In this document: piece by piece, positions 28,484 through 42,000 of the stretch
Layout: each line of letters starts with the position of its first letter
How positions within the stretch are numbered: position 1 is the first letter of the stretch
Assembly: GCA_039096225.1 (NCBI GenBank)
Contig: JBBPEB010000006.1
Coordinates: 620,001 to 684,000, forward strand
Direction of reading: 5' to 3'
Length of the DNA: 64,000 nt
Source of the DNA: Blastocystis sp. Blastoise
Taxonomy: Eukaryota; Protista; Bigyra: Opalinata
Program-made: the position numbers and the translations under genes
Notes under the pieces: model-generated
What the model saw: only the letters and a program-made list of their open reading frames with translations
Databases searched by the model: none
What the model was told of the DNA's origin: nothing

Positions 28484-28679
28484 AGAAAATTTCTTGATGT
28501 TTTTATTTAATAAAAAAAAATGTTTTCAATATCTCAAGTTATTGAAATATCATTAAAATCATAAATAGTGTTTTTCGTTTAAATTAAAATATAAACACAA
28601 CATTTTTTTTCAAATACTTCTTCATGGATAAGAAAAAGAAAAAAAGCATATATATACGTATAAAAAAGTGAACTAGTAT

Positions 28680-29539
28680 TTAAGAATGAGGTTTTTCCTT
28701 CTTACCACGGAAAAGAGCAAGAAGAGAAGTCTTAGATACACAGACAACCTTAAAACGAACTCCGGGAATATCACCGACGGCGTGACCAGAACGACCGAAA
28801 CCAGCAATAAGGACTTCATCGTTTAGTTAATATAGATGAATAAAATATTGAAAAGTAGTGATAAGAAAAAACATTAAAATAAAAATAATGAAAAATATTA
28901 ATATAGTATACATATATATATAATTATATTAATATTTTATATTTAAAAATATAAAAATCAAGTAAATTCAATATAAAAGAGTATCACCATATATATATTG
29001 AAGAAAAAAAAATATATATATATACGTTTTCATCGACAAAGTTTAAGCAACCATCACGAGGAACGAAAGCAGTGATCTTCTTTCCGTTCTTGATGAGTTG
29101 ACAACGAATACACTTACGAATAGCAGAGTTAGGTTGTTTGGATTCGACACCAATCTTTTCAAAAAAAGATTAAAATGATATATTAGAGTTTTTATTCATA
29201 TCAAGATTATAAATAAATATTTAAAAAATAAGAAATGAAGAAAAAAAGCATAAACTACGATAAAAATACACCAATCTTTTCAGTAACAATACCCTTGGCC
29301 ATAGTAGCACCACCTAAAACGTTAGCCTTGATGGAGGCAGCAGAGTGAGTTTTGTTGTAGTGCTTATCAGCCCATCTTTCAGTACGACGATGGATGTGTA
29401 ATTTACGAGCAGCTCTAATACCACTTGGCTTTCCAAAAAAAGAAATGATAATAAAATGGAGCTAAAACTGGATTGAAAATATCAATTTGTTGAAAAGTCA
29501 AAGATTCACTATACTTATAAATACATACCCCTTACCCAT
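28680..29539 (-). CDS. RPS23: 40S ribosomal protein S23 (uS12), 4 exons
   Basis: [15 protein letters not shown]...[17 protein letters not shown]...[39 protein letters not shown]. Confidence 0.97.
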
Positions 29540-30101
29540 GTTGTTTTAATTACAAGAGAATATGAAGAAGTTATGTTCTAACAAAAAACCAACAATTTTT
29601 TTACTTAAGAAATTTCGAACCCACCCCTGGATTGCCCCAACTCTGGGAGAATATCCGACAAACTTTTTCTCATTTTTATGGGGGTAATTATCATTTTTTA
29701 TTTTTTTTTAATTCCCAAGGTTTTCGGCAAAAAAAATGTTACTTTAAAGTCAAATAGAATCCAATATATGAATTATTTTATAGAAATATTAGTTATTTAA
29801 CCTTTTAAAGATTATTGATGAAATTATTAGATAAGTTATATAAATATTAGCAATAATCATTATTATTATTATGCAATTATTTGGGTTTTCCTAATTTATA
29901 AGACATTGAATACTTATGTACCATGATTCTATTTATGAATAGATTATTAAAAATGAAGAGAAACTAGAATTATTTTTGTTTTTACATTATTATCGTTAGA
30001 TATGGGATTTGTTAGTTTGATGATATATGTTAAATTATTGAAAATTGATAAAACATAACATAAATGCACATTTCACATCTTAAGATATAGAAACTTCTTT
30101 A

Positions 30102-30337
30102 TCACTGAAACCGTGATAAACAAATAGCCATAACTTCTGTAAATGGTAATTCATCCTATATATATAGTTTAGAATTTTAAAAAAAAATAGTTTATACATC
30201 GAAATTAATTAAAAATTTGTTTTTATTGATTTTTCCAAATTCTATAACGATCTAAAAGGAAAGTAAATATATATATGTATATATATAAGGTAATCATAGA
30301 TTTATAGGATATAGTTATTATTATTATTATATATATA

Positions 30338-30374
<37 letters not shown>

Positions 30375-30955
30375 ACTTTTTCTGATTGACAAGAATATAA
30401 TTGAAAATTTCTCTTTGAAGGAATCGGTGATATTTCCATAAACTGTAGATAGTATTCTTTTGTCTAGAGTTTTATAGAAAGTCATTATAAGAATAAATTC
30501 ACATCACTGATGATTAAAGATACATTTTTATTGTAATTTGGTAACATGGACAAATAATGTTGTTGAAAAACTGTATTTTTATTCTATATAAAGAATATAA
30601 ATGAATCAAATAAAAAACAAATATTCACAATAATGACATAATGTACTATAATTAAAAAATACTCGATTAATACCACAATACTCAACAGTAAATGTATCTG
30701 GACCATCAATATACCATATACTATGTTCTACACGAATATTCATCTATATAATATATACACAACAAATAATAAAAAGAAACACACATGAGTCTTGTCCATT
30801 TCGTTATAAAATGTTATTCTTTTATTTTTTGATTTAGAATATCCAATATATTTTTCATTATATTCTGATGATGATATTTGATGTTGTTTAAAATTTGTTT
30901 TCTTATGTATTTGACGAGATTGAGTACCCATTACAATTGTTTCCTTACTAAACAT
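30102..30955 (-). CDS. Hypothetical small multi-exon protein
   Basis: Exon-like segments with GT/AG borders (MFSKETIVM..., MNIRVEHSIWYIDGPDTF..., DELPFTEVMAICLSRFQ*). No recognisable family. Confidence 0.4.
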
Positions 30956-31399
30956 TCATAATAATCGTTTCTGTTTTCATAAAATACTTATCATCAGATA
31001 TGCTTGCAATAAAAATAATTGATCGTGAATCTAAAGACAAAAGATTGTCTACGAAATGATAAGGATATACTTGTTGTTCTTGACAATATGCACGTATGTG
31101 TAAAACTATTCATTACTTATTGCTATATATGTTAATTTCTTCTAAACTAGACATATTGACTAATTAAAACAAAAAATAAATAAATGAAACACAAACACGA
31201 TAAAATCTACACTATCTTTTCAATTATTATGTTTAATACTATATCTCTTCTCTTTAGTGTTCGTAGTCATCCTTTAAATGAATATAATAAAACCTAGATT
31301 ATATTTAAATATCAAAAAGAAAAACTTCAACAAAACAAAATTAATTAAAACACTCCTTGTAGTTTTATTTTTCAAATTGTATATGAATCATACTAAAAT

Positions 31400-32899
31400 T
31401 TAGTTCTTGTGAGTACGAGCAGCCTTTTCTTCAAGAATAGATAACTTGATACCCTTACCGTAAGGAAGAGAAACAAGAGCCTTTTCACCTTCACCAATAA
31501 CAAAAACGTTACCGAGACGAGTAGCGAATTCGTGACCAGCAGCATCTCTGATTAAGACAATATCGAAAGAACCAAAGTGACGATATAAATATTAAATTAT
31601 ATATATATAAAGAATATTATTGTTATTTATTCTAATAAATTTATGACATATAAGAAGTATTAAAAAATAAAAAGAGATTGATTATATATAAATTATTCTA
31701 TTAAATATATAAAATGTATATAATATGAGACAAACAAAATTATATAAATATATACCGATCACGACGAACGATGGTACCAATACGACCAGTGTTACGTCCC
31801 TTGGTGATCATAACGAGATTACCGTTTTCGAATTTGACGACTTGTTCAATCTTACCAGTTTCAAGGTTAAGCTTGATGGTATCGTTAACGTTGATGGCGG
31901 GATCAGGATAACGAATAGTACGACCATCGTGAGTAACAATGAAAGGAACTTTGTTTTGAGCAGTTTGCTTCTTCATAACACGGCAAAGCTTGAACTATAA
32001 AGAAATAATCATCATAAGAATATTCATTTTATTTGTATGTAATTAATAGAGAAAAAACATAATATATATAAAATATAGTTATAATGTATATATATAATAG
32101 CATATTGACATCAATCATAATAAAGAAATTAGTTTATAAAATGATTTTTAATTAAGAAATCATAAAATTAATAAAAACAAATATTAGAAACTAATAAAAA
32201 ATAAATATTAAAAGCAAATAATGTGTAATAAAAAATAAATTCAATATAAATACCTTAGTTTCTTGTTCATCAATTCTGTGAAGAACGAATCTACCCTTGG
32301 TATCATAAAGTAAACGGAAACGATCGTTAGAGAGTTCAATAGTAACAACATCCAAATTTTAAGAAAAATAATAGATTATATTTTTGTATGCTAATAAAAT
32401 CAATAAAACAAAATATTAAAAAATGTAAAAAAAAAATAAAAATTGCAAAAAATGAGAATTAAAATAAATACCCATGAAACCAGCGGGGAAGGTGGGTTCA
32501 GTTCTGATTTTACCATCGACCTTAATGAGTCTTTGCATACAGATCATCTTAACTTCATGACCAGTAAGAGCGTATTTCAGACGATTACGGATCATAAGAA
32601 TAAGAGGAAGACATTCACGAAGCTTGTGAGGACCAGAAGAAGGACGAGGGGCCCAGATACCTCCCATCTTATCTAACATCCAATGCTTAGGAGCATTTAA
32701 ACGCTTTAAGTGCTTTTGTTGAGATCTAGCCTATTTATATATTTTGATTAATTATTATATGACCAAAATGAATTATTTTTAATGACGAAGAGAAGACATC
32801 AAATAGGTAATGAAATGATGGACTAAAATTTTCTTTCGAGAAATACATAACACAAAAATAATTCATAAAAATAGTATAGTTATAAAATATATATACCAT
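31400..32899 (-). CDS. RPS4: 40S ribosomal protein S4 (eS4), 5 exons
   Basis: [44 protein letters not shown]...[12 protein letters not shown]...[12 protein letters not shown]. Confidence 0.97.
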
Positions 32900-33963
32900 A
32901 TTTGAAGAAATAAAACTTTAATATAAAGGAGCTATTATGATTTCGTGGTAGGTTAAGCGAAAAAATGGGAAAATAAAATGAAAGGCAATTCTCAATTATC
33001 CCCTGGATCGAAATCAAAAATTAACTACAAAAAGAGCTATTCTTGAAATTTAGGGCCACCCAAATTTATTTTTATTTTATTTTTTTTTTATCTTTTTCAC
33101 GATTAAATGAATTTATGTCTCAAAAAAAAAAAGTTCACTTTTTTTAACAGAACTGAAATTTTTTCAGATAAATCCTCTTGATCATTAATTATATGCTTAT
33201 ATCTCTGCAATTTACAAGAAATTGTTCTAAGATTTGTGGATTAGAAGATTCAAATATTTTTTGATATGTTTTGAAGGGTAACATAAATTTCATTATCGAT
33301 CTTCTATCTGATATTGGCATGATTTTTCATTGTAAACGTTCTTTAATAGTGCTAGATTTGATTTTAAAATTATGGTTTACATTTACAGTGTTATGAATTA
33401 TAGCAAATTAATCATTTTTAACGATGATTTTTATATTACTTATATGTTCTTATTACTCACAGACAAGTACCAAGAACGCTTATTCATAAGAATTAGAAGA
33501 ATAATCGTTGACACAACTAGAATAGGTTATTCGATCATTCTGTTGTTATTATATCAATATTAATGGAAAAATTAGTATGTATGTGTAGCTTATAAATTCA
33601 GAATCCATGTGTATTAGAAAAAGATAGTGAAAAAACTTCAATATTCAACTTACTAAAAAACAATACTAAAAGCTCAAAAAACGTTTAGTGAAGAAATTCT
33701 CCAATAAAAGAAGACAATAAGAATTAGTTGATAACTATTGCAGTAATATAATTGGTCAATTTGCTTTTTACCTATATTTGATCTTAGAAAAACACACAAA
33801 ATAAGAATCATGCGAAAAACTCGAATTTTTTAGAATTTTCCAAAAAATTCTTCGTTTATCATAAGAGCAGCTTGAAACACATATTTTCATTTGAATAAAA
33901 ACTATAACAACATAAATTATTTGTTTTGAATATATTATTTTTTCTGCTATTCTTATAGATTCT

Positions 33964-35190
33964 ATGTTTGAAATGTTTAACGCTTCGAGTAATTTAGATG
34001 AAAGCTCAAAAAAGTATTATTTGAGTATTTTCCTTTTTTGTGGATTTTTCTACCAAGGATTCTATCAAAGTACTATAAATGCTATCAGAATGTACTCACT
34101 CACGGATATTCACATCCCCTACAACTCTATTCTTAATTATGTTTTCCTTGTTGGTCCTGTTTTTGGTACAATCCTTCAAAAGAAATTTGGTTTCCGTCTT
34201 TCCTTCCTTACCAGTCTTCTAGTATCTCTATGTGGAGTGTTAATGACTTTTATTCCGAAGTCTTGGAAACTCTCACAAATTTCTTCGTTGCTTCTCTCTC
34301 TTGGTTCTGGTTCTTTTGATAGTTGTTTGAACACTACTGCTTGTTTACTCTTTGGTGGTAAATATAAATCTCTTTTCCTTTCTCTTCTCCATTTATGTTT
34401 TGGATTAGGTACTTTTTATGGCTTCCCAATCTTGAATCGTATTATTTCATTAGAACCATCTAAAGCAATGCATGGATATGAACTGTATCTTATATGTATT
34501 TCTTGTTTTATAAGTTATATTATCTTTTTCTGGAGTAATGTTGATTCTTTATGTCAAAGTGAAAAGAGTCAGATGACTTTTAAGTATTCCTTCAAGTCTT
34601 ACTATGTCTGGAGTATTGGAATTTTGCTTGGTATTAGTAGTTTGATTGAAAGCAGTTCCGTTATTATGTATCAACAACAATTTCTAGAAGAATCACAACC
34701 TTCTTTTGAAACTTGTTTTAAACTCTTTTTCTTTACATATTCTCTGTCAAAAATACTTATTAGTTATGTTTCTGATTCTATTGGACATCTGAAACCTATT
34801 CTTATTAGTTTTATATCACTATTTGTTATATATAGTTTAGCAATAGTATATCCTTCTCTTCGTTATTATTGTTTCATCTCTTCTGGAATATTCTTATCTG
34901 TATTTTTACCTGGACTTTACAGTTGTATTAGTGATATATTTACATATGATATTATTATTCCTTTTGGAATTAGTTTTACTATTGCTTCTTTACTTTCTTA
35001 TATATGTGGACGATTGTTTAATTACTATTCCTTTTTTTACCTTCATGGCTCTTTATCCATATTGGCTTATTGTATCATAGGTATTCTTATTACTACTTCT
35101 TTTCATTATCCATTCTATTCAAACTCAGATTATTCTCTTGTTACTAGTAAATCATTCACTTTTAATGACCATTCTCTCTTACCTATCTAA
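33964..35190 (+). CDS. MFS transporter, intronless
   Basis: 408-aa ORF with about 12 hydrophobic segments, a motif A-like KKFGFR, LLHLCFGLGTF and YVSDSIGH. Confidence 0.8.
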   Translation: MFEMFNASSNLDESSKKYYLSIFLFCGFFYQGFYQSTINAIRMYSLTDIHIPYNSILNYVFLVGPVFGTILQKKFGFRLSFLTSLLVSLCGVLMTFIPKSWKLSQISSLLLSLGSGSFDSCLNTTACLLFGGKYKSLFLSLLHLCFGLGTFYGFPILNRIISLEPSKAMHGYELYLICISCFISYIIFFWSNVDSLCQSEKSQMTFKYSFKSYYVWSIGILLGISSLIESSSVIMYQQQFLEESQPSFETCFKLFFFTYSLSKILISYVSDSIGHLKPILISFISLFVIYSLAIVYPSLRYYCFISSGIFLSVFLPGLYSCISDIFTYDIIIPFGISFTIASLLSYICGRLFNYYSFFYLHGSLSILAYCIIGILITTSFHYPFYSNSDYSLVTSKSFTFNDHSLLPI

Positions 35191-36366
35191 TGTATTATAA
35201 TTTATTTTCAAAATAATATTTTTATTAATATTTCATAGATTATATATATATATTTCTATCTAACTATTTATTTATTTTCTTTGAGAATCTTTAGTTAATT
35301 TATTTAACTCAATTCTTTTTTTGTTTTGTATCTAAATATTTGTATTAGCTGCTTTTCTTTTTTTTTTATTTATATTTTGATTTATTTATATTTTATTTAT
35401 TTTTTATTTATTCTGTTTTTTTTTTTTTTATTTATTCTTATTTATTTATTTATTTTATAAAAACAATTTTCTTCTATTTAAAAGAAATCTATGTCTTTTT
35501 TTATAAATATTTTATAATTAAATTCATATAATAAGATGAAGTCGCATCTCTTTATTATCCTGTAAAACACAAACCCGTTCTTCTATATATATATTTATTT
35601 ATTTATTTATTTTTTATTTATTTATTTATTTATTTATTTACTATTTCTTTCCTTTTTAATATTATTTATTTATTATATATTATATTATCTACTTGCTTGT
35701 GTATATTCACTCAACATACACAAAATATCTTCAGAAATGTATCATCTATATTCTATTTCTTTGATTCGTAGATCTATTATTATTTCTCTACTAATTTCTC
35801 TTGTTTCACTAAATATGTAGTTATTCTACTGCTTCCTAAAACTATTCTATTTATTACTAATTCTATTTTCCTTTATTCAATTCTTATTTTTTGTTCTTAA
35901 TTTTCCTTTTTTGATACTTAATTATATTTCAATTGATGAATATTTGTGAATATATTTGCTTATTTTTTCAATTATATTCCTAATCTTCATTTATTTTTAC
36001 TTGTTGTTTATTATTACAATTTTTTTTTTCTTTCAAATATTACTTTTTATTTCTCAAATTCACAATAGCATAATCAATTCATTCATTTTAACTTTAAAAA
36101 GAAAAACAATTGAGTTTCTTGTTTCTACTCCATTTTTTTTAACCCCTCTTATTGGAGAAAGTCAGTTTACGATAGCATATGTCATTATCATTTTATTCAA
36201 TACATTTCTTTAACTTTTTTATTTACGGTTATCTCGTGGAAACAAAAGGTGATCTCAATACAATTCTTTTGGTGAAATTCCACAGGCTTTTTCCTTTCAA
36301 CTACATTCTCTTTATTATTATTTTTGTTTGTTCTTTTATCCATTCTTTACTTTAAAAAGACGAAAT

Positions 36367-37581
36367 ATGGAAAGTACTCCTTCAAGTGATATACAGAAAG
36401 CTCAAAACAGATCTAAATTGTATTGTGTTTTGTTCATTTATTCTCTTTGTTTTCTCATGGGTCTTAATGAACCAAGTTATGAAATAGTAAAACGAATGGG
36501 AGAATTAGATCCTAATGCTATTGAATTCACATTAGGAGACTACTTTTCTTTTGTTGGACCATTAGTTGCTTGTTTACTTGTCAATTATTTTAACTTAAGA
36601 GTTACTTGTATAACTACATTATCCTTATACATTGCTGCCTACGTATTAGCTTTCTTCAAATCTGTTCCTGTACTTTTTTTAATTGCTAATTTGATACACT
36701 TCCTTGCTGATGGTATTTGTGATACATTCCTTATGTCAGCTTGTTGTCTTCTCTTCCTTGGAAATAAATCTGCACTTTTAATGTGTATGCTTTCTTTCTG
36801 TTATGGTTTTGGTAATACATTTAAATTACCACTTATTGATTGGATCAGTTCTGTTTTTCCTGCTAGTTATATTGGTGTCTTTATTGTATTCATCGTATTC
36901 TATATTTTCGCATTAGTCACTGCTTTCTTTATTGATTTCTCTATACCTTGTTTTACAAAAGGAAAAGAATCGAATGTTGGTATTAAGAAGTCACTTACTA
37001 TTCCTATGACTTATATTTCTGGTATTACTTTAGGTATTTGTACTTTTGTTGAACTTAATTCTAAGCAAGGACCTCAAACTTATTTACAAGATCGTTATGG
37101 TGTTGATGTTGATAATTTTTATCAAACATTTGTTATTTTCTTTACAATTTCTCGTTTAGTTTCTGGTTATTTCCTTGATTTAATTGGTCATTTAAGATCT
37201 ATGGTTATTACTTTAGTAATTGTATTCATCTGTACTCTTATTGGTATGATTCTGAAGAGTAATGGATTTTGGGCTTTTATTGTTAATGGCTTCTTTGTAG
37301 CTATTATTTGGCCTGTTTATTATACTGTTATTATGGATATCTATAAGAATGATGTTATGGTCCCTGCTACTGTTGTTTATGTCATCAATAGTGTTATTGT
37401 GTCTCTTTCTATGCTTCTTTATAGCTATGTTTATAACCTTAATCCTTTAGTAGGGGTTCATCTTAACTTAGTATTTTGTATTGTTGGTATTGCTTGTGTC
37501 CTCTTTAATCAATGGATATTTAAGAAAAGAGATGCTAAGAAACCAGAATTCAATCAATTCATGCAACCTTTAACTGCATAA
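36367..37581 (+). CDS. MFS transporter, intronless, paralog of 33964-35190
   Basis: About 12 TM segments. Shares ACxLLFxGxK, C(F/Y)GxG(T/N) and D(S/L)IGHL with the upstream gene. First ATG is at 36367; the ORF track start is a TTG. Confidence 0.8.
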   Translation: MESTPSSDIQKAQNRSKLYCVLFIYSLCFLMGLNEPSYEIVKRMGELDPNAIEFTLGDYFSFVGPLVACLLVNYFNLRVTCITTLSLYIAAYVLAFFKSVPVLFLIANLIHFLADGICDTFLMSACCLLFLGNKSALLMCMLSFCYGFGNTFKLPLIDWISSVFPASYIGVFIVFIVFYIFALVTAFFIDFSIPCFTKGKESNVGIKKSLTIPMTYISGITLGICTFVELNSKQGPQTYLQDRYGVDVDNFYQTFVIFFTISRLVSGYFLDLIGHLRSMVITLVIVFICTLIGMILKSNGFWAFIVNGFFVAIIWPVYYTVIMDIYKNDVMVPATVVYVINSVIVSLSMLLYSYVYNLNPLVGVHLNLVFCIVGIACVLFNQWIFKKRDAKKPEFNQFMQPLTA

Positions 37582-38996
37582 AGTATTTAAATACAATATT
37601 TATATTTCTCATTCATTTTTTTATTATATATATAATTTTCCTTAAAATTCTTATATACAACCTTTAATATTCTATAAAGAATAATCATGTTGCCATTCTT
37701 TTGATACTTCAGTCTCTTCTGAACGATATACTTTTTTATCATTATTTTGTTATTTAATTCATTTTGAACTTTTCATTTAATAAAAATCCTTTTCAAAATA
37801 TTTATAATTTGTTTATAATAAAAAAATAATTTTTTTACTAAGCATTTTATTTCCTATTTGAGCAACATCAATTCATATAGACTATCACAAATACATTTTT
37901 TATATCATATATAGAGTTCTGTAAAACTATAGTGAAAATAAATGTTGTCAATGTTCACAAATATAATTATTCTAATTTATTTTTTGTATTTCATCATTAC
38001 CAGTACCATATTATAATTGCTTTTATACAATAATTTGGCAATCTATGATAATAATTTCAATTATGTGAAATGCAAAGCACATGACATTTCAAATAATATG
38101 GCTTAACAGCATATTTTTATTATTTATAATCTATTATAAAAAATAATAACTATTATATATTCGCAAAATGAATCAGAAAAAAAATTAATTCCTTTAAAGA
38201 AACAATAGTATACATATATGTAATCTAGATATGAATTCCATTCACTTTTTCATAACATCACTCGAATATAAAACAATGTAATTCAAAAAGTATATAAATA
38301 AAAAAATTAAGATTTTTGGTATTGTAATTTCATTTTCTATCTTTCATCATATAATCATAAACTATTTATTGTTTTAAAAATCTTATTTGATATTAATTTC
38401 TTGTATTTATGCATGTTTAGTTATCGAAATAACTATATTCTAACGTTTTACAGATGTTTCATAATCAAATCAACGATATTTGTTTTTATTTATTGAGCGA
38501 GTTTGTGTTTTTACGATTCTAAGAAGTTGTGGAATATGAAAATTGACATAGTATGCCATTTATCGGCTTTTGTAATTCTTAGTTCTTTATATTCATAATG
38601 TGTTTTTACATAATTTAAGAAGTCTTATGGTATTTAAAACACCATATCATTTAAAATTCCTTGTATATCACTAAAATACACTAAATAAACACACATTCTA
38701 TGTCAATAATTCATTTAGTTCAGTGATTAGGCTGTATTAGTATGTATAATTAGTAACACAGAGTTTATTAAACTCTTTTTATTCGATATTTATATCAAAA
38801 TAAGGAATTTTACACTCATTATTTAACTGATTGTTTCATTTTTAGATATTCTATATTTATATACATTGTAAATTAGATTCGTATTTAATAATTAAGTCAT
38901 AATTATGTCTAAGAAAAATGCAATGTATCTGCAGCATGAGATCTAGAAAATAGCTGGTATTCTCAATTATACATGGAAAAATTGATATTTCAGAGA

Positions 38997-39068
38997 GCCT
39001 GGTTAGCTCAGCGGTAGAGCGCTTGACTTTTAATCCAGTGGTCAGGGGTTCGATCCCCCTATCAGGCG
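38997..39068 (+). tRNA. tRNA-Lys(UUU)
   Basis: Cloverleaf: acceptor GCCTGGT/ATCAGGC, D arm GCTC/GAGC, anticodon loop CTTTTAA, T arm AGGGG-TTCGATC-CCCCT, discriminator G. One U-C mismatch in the anticodon stem. Confidence 0.95.
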
Positions 39069-39078
39069 TTTCTTTTTT
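39069..39078 (+). terminator. Pol III terminator T-run, repeated at 47661-47670 and 56252-56261
   Basis: TTTCTTTTTT immediately follows the tRNA 3' end. Confidence 0.75.
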
Positions 39079-39097
39079 ACATTTTTTTTATATCCTC

Positions 39098-42000
39098 ATG
39101 CAATCAGCAATCCATTTTAGTAACAACGGTGAAGTTCCGGAGTCAAAACTCCAAGTTGATCTGAAGATCAGAGATAAATCTGGGTCTACGAACCTGGCGT
39201 CTTCTTCTGCTCCTAGCCCTAGCGATGAGAACAGTTTACAGATAAACGAGAAACGAATTAAATCTGTGGAAGATGAGAAAAACGAAAAACAAAAAAATTA
39301 TGATGAAAATGGTGATCCAAGATCAAAATTGGTTTTTTCCGGATTTGAAATCCCACAAAACTCCGAGTTCTCCCGTGATTCTACTACTACTAAAATAGAT
39401 CCTCAAAATAAACAAGATTATTCTTTAAATACTAAAGAATTAATAGACTTATCTCTTACTGGTTCAACTACTACAACTACAAACAATTCTTCTAACTGGG
39501 TACTTTCTGAAAGTGATACCCTCTACGTAGATACTACTTCCTCGGCTAAGAAACGAATTATGTCTCCAGATATCTACACAATACAAGTCTATTCGAAAAA
39601 GAGTGGATACTCCTTTGAACCCTCCTCTTGACTCTTCTCTACAAGTGAATTCTGAACCTTTGAAACCTTCTACTGAAAATACTTCTGAAAAGAAAGATGA
39701 ATCTTGGTCTTCTACTGGTTGGTCTTCTGATGCCTTTGCTAAGTCTTGGTCTACTAATGTAAACATTTGGATTGATTATGATGATCCTAAACAAAACGTG
39801 AAATCTACTCAAAAATCTACTACCAATCTTGGACTTCCTACACAAAATACGACTCTAAATCAACAAAATGATGTACCTATGGTTATTTCGGTGGCTACAA
39901 ACACTCTTAATGAAAATTCTACTACTATTATTTCTTCTAATGCGTTATCTACTCCTGAAAATGTGTCCTCTACAAAAGAATCCCTGTTGAACAATTCTAC
40001 TAACGAATCTACTAATTTATCTATTATTTCTACTCATGAAAATATTCCTACTGTTAACATTACACAATCTAATTCTACTGTTTTAAATACTTCTGAATCT
40101 ACTAATTTAATGAATTCTTCTAATGCTATTGATTCTTCTGCTTTTGTTGATTCTACTAATTCTATTTATTCTTCTGCTTCTATGGTTTCTTCTAATGCTC
40201 TTGATTCTTCTGCTCCTATGGATTCTTCTTTTTCTATGGATTCTTCTGATTCTATAAACTCTCCTGATGCTATAAATTCTCCTGAATCTTCTGATTCTCC
40301 TCCTACTCCTACACTTAGTCAATTACTACACAATAGAATATTCCCAAATGATACGAATCCTCCTTCTTGGGCAAGAAATCCTACACTAGAACTATCTCCT
40401 TCTTTATCTACATCTTCAAATACTACTATAATAGATACTGCTACAATTACAAATAATACTCCTATTGGAAATGAAATTATTCATCCTTCTATACAAACTA
40501 CCTCCCTTTTATCCTCTGAAGATGAACCTATTTCTATCAATTTAAATAATACCGAACAAGAGGATCAAGATATATATACGAATTCTGATTCTAATATAGA
40601 AATACCTATACTTACTCCTAATGATATAATAGATGAAAATGAGATTCCTACAAATGAAACTATACTAAATACTATTGAAAATAATGAATTTATTCTTTCT
40701 TTTCCTACTAATATATATACTATTACTTCTCCTCCTAAAGATTTTCCTACTAAATTTAATTGGCTTTTCCCGGCAAAACCTGAATTTCTAATTGGTTATA
40801 ACACAATAAAAAAACATAAAAATGGAAAGAAATGGAATAATATAGAATCCTTAAAGGAATTTATAAATCACTTCACTTTAATGTTTATCTACGAGAAAAG
40901 AAAAAATAGGCCTAGAATTCAAAAAAGAATTACCCGCCAAAAAGCATTCTCCATGTTATTCCCTCAGTCAAGTGTGAATACACTGTTCTACTTACTACGA
41001 ACTCTCAGAAATATTTATTCAAATAAACATAGAAATTCTAGTGCTCCAATAAATGAAGTAGCGAAACAAAATGAAATCCCTATACAAGAAAGAATAACTC
41101 CAAGTGATACAACAAATAACTATATACAAAATGAAATTGAGGATAATACACATACTAATATGGGTACCTTTTTATCTCCTGTTCCTTCTGATTCTATAAC
41201 TACTATTGAACCTACTATTCCTTCTATCTCAAATTCTATAATTAATTCTAATTCTATTCCTATACATATTTCTTCTTCTTCTACAAATACTACAAATAAT
41301 ATTGATACTCCTATTATCATGAATACTACTATAAATCCAGATGATCATACTATAATAGAATCTTCTATATCTATAGAATCTCCTATTACAGTCAATATTT
41401 CTTCTACTATAGAATCTCCTATATCTATAGAATCTCCTTCTAATATAGATTCAACAAACTTATCTTCTTCTATGAATATAGATCAAATAAATACCAATAT
41501 AATAAACAATACTATTATATCTTCTCCTTCTATAAATAATACTCAATTGTCTCCTAATAGTTCTATAGAAAATATAGATATGGAATTAGATATAGATATT
41601 AATAGTATTCCTTCTACTTTGAATACTATCGATTCTAATACAAATAATATTAATCAGCAAAAGGAATCTATCCATAAGGATTTAGTAAATAATACTATGA
41701 ATATTACTACAAACAAGGAGATTACTACATCTATAACTAATGAAGAAGAAAATACACAAAATAAGAGAAATACTATTAATCTTGATGAAACTAATACTCA
41801 AATGAATAATACAACTACAATACAGAATCGAAATGAATACTATGATGTATCTTCTGATGAATCGATAATTAATATTTCTTCTACATCCACTTCAACTACT
41901 ACCTCTCCTATGAATTCTCCTATTCCTCTTGAAAATCATATAAGTCTCTCGAATATAGATTTTAATTTTACTCCACTTAATTCTACTCAAAAAGACATAA

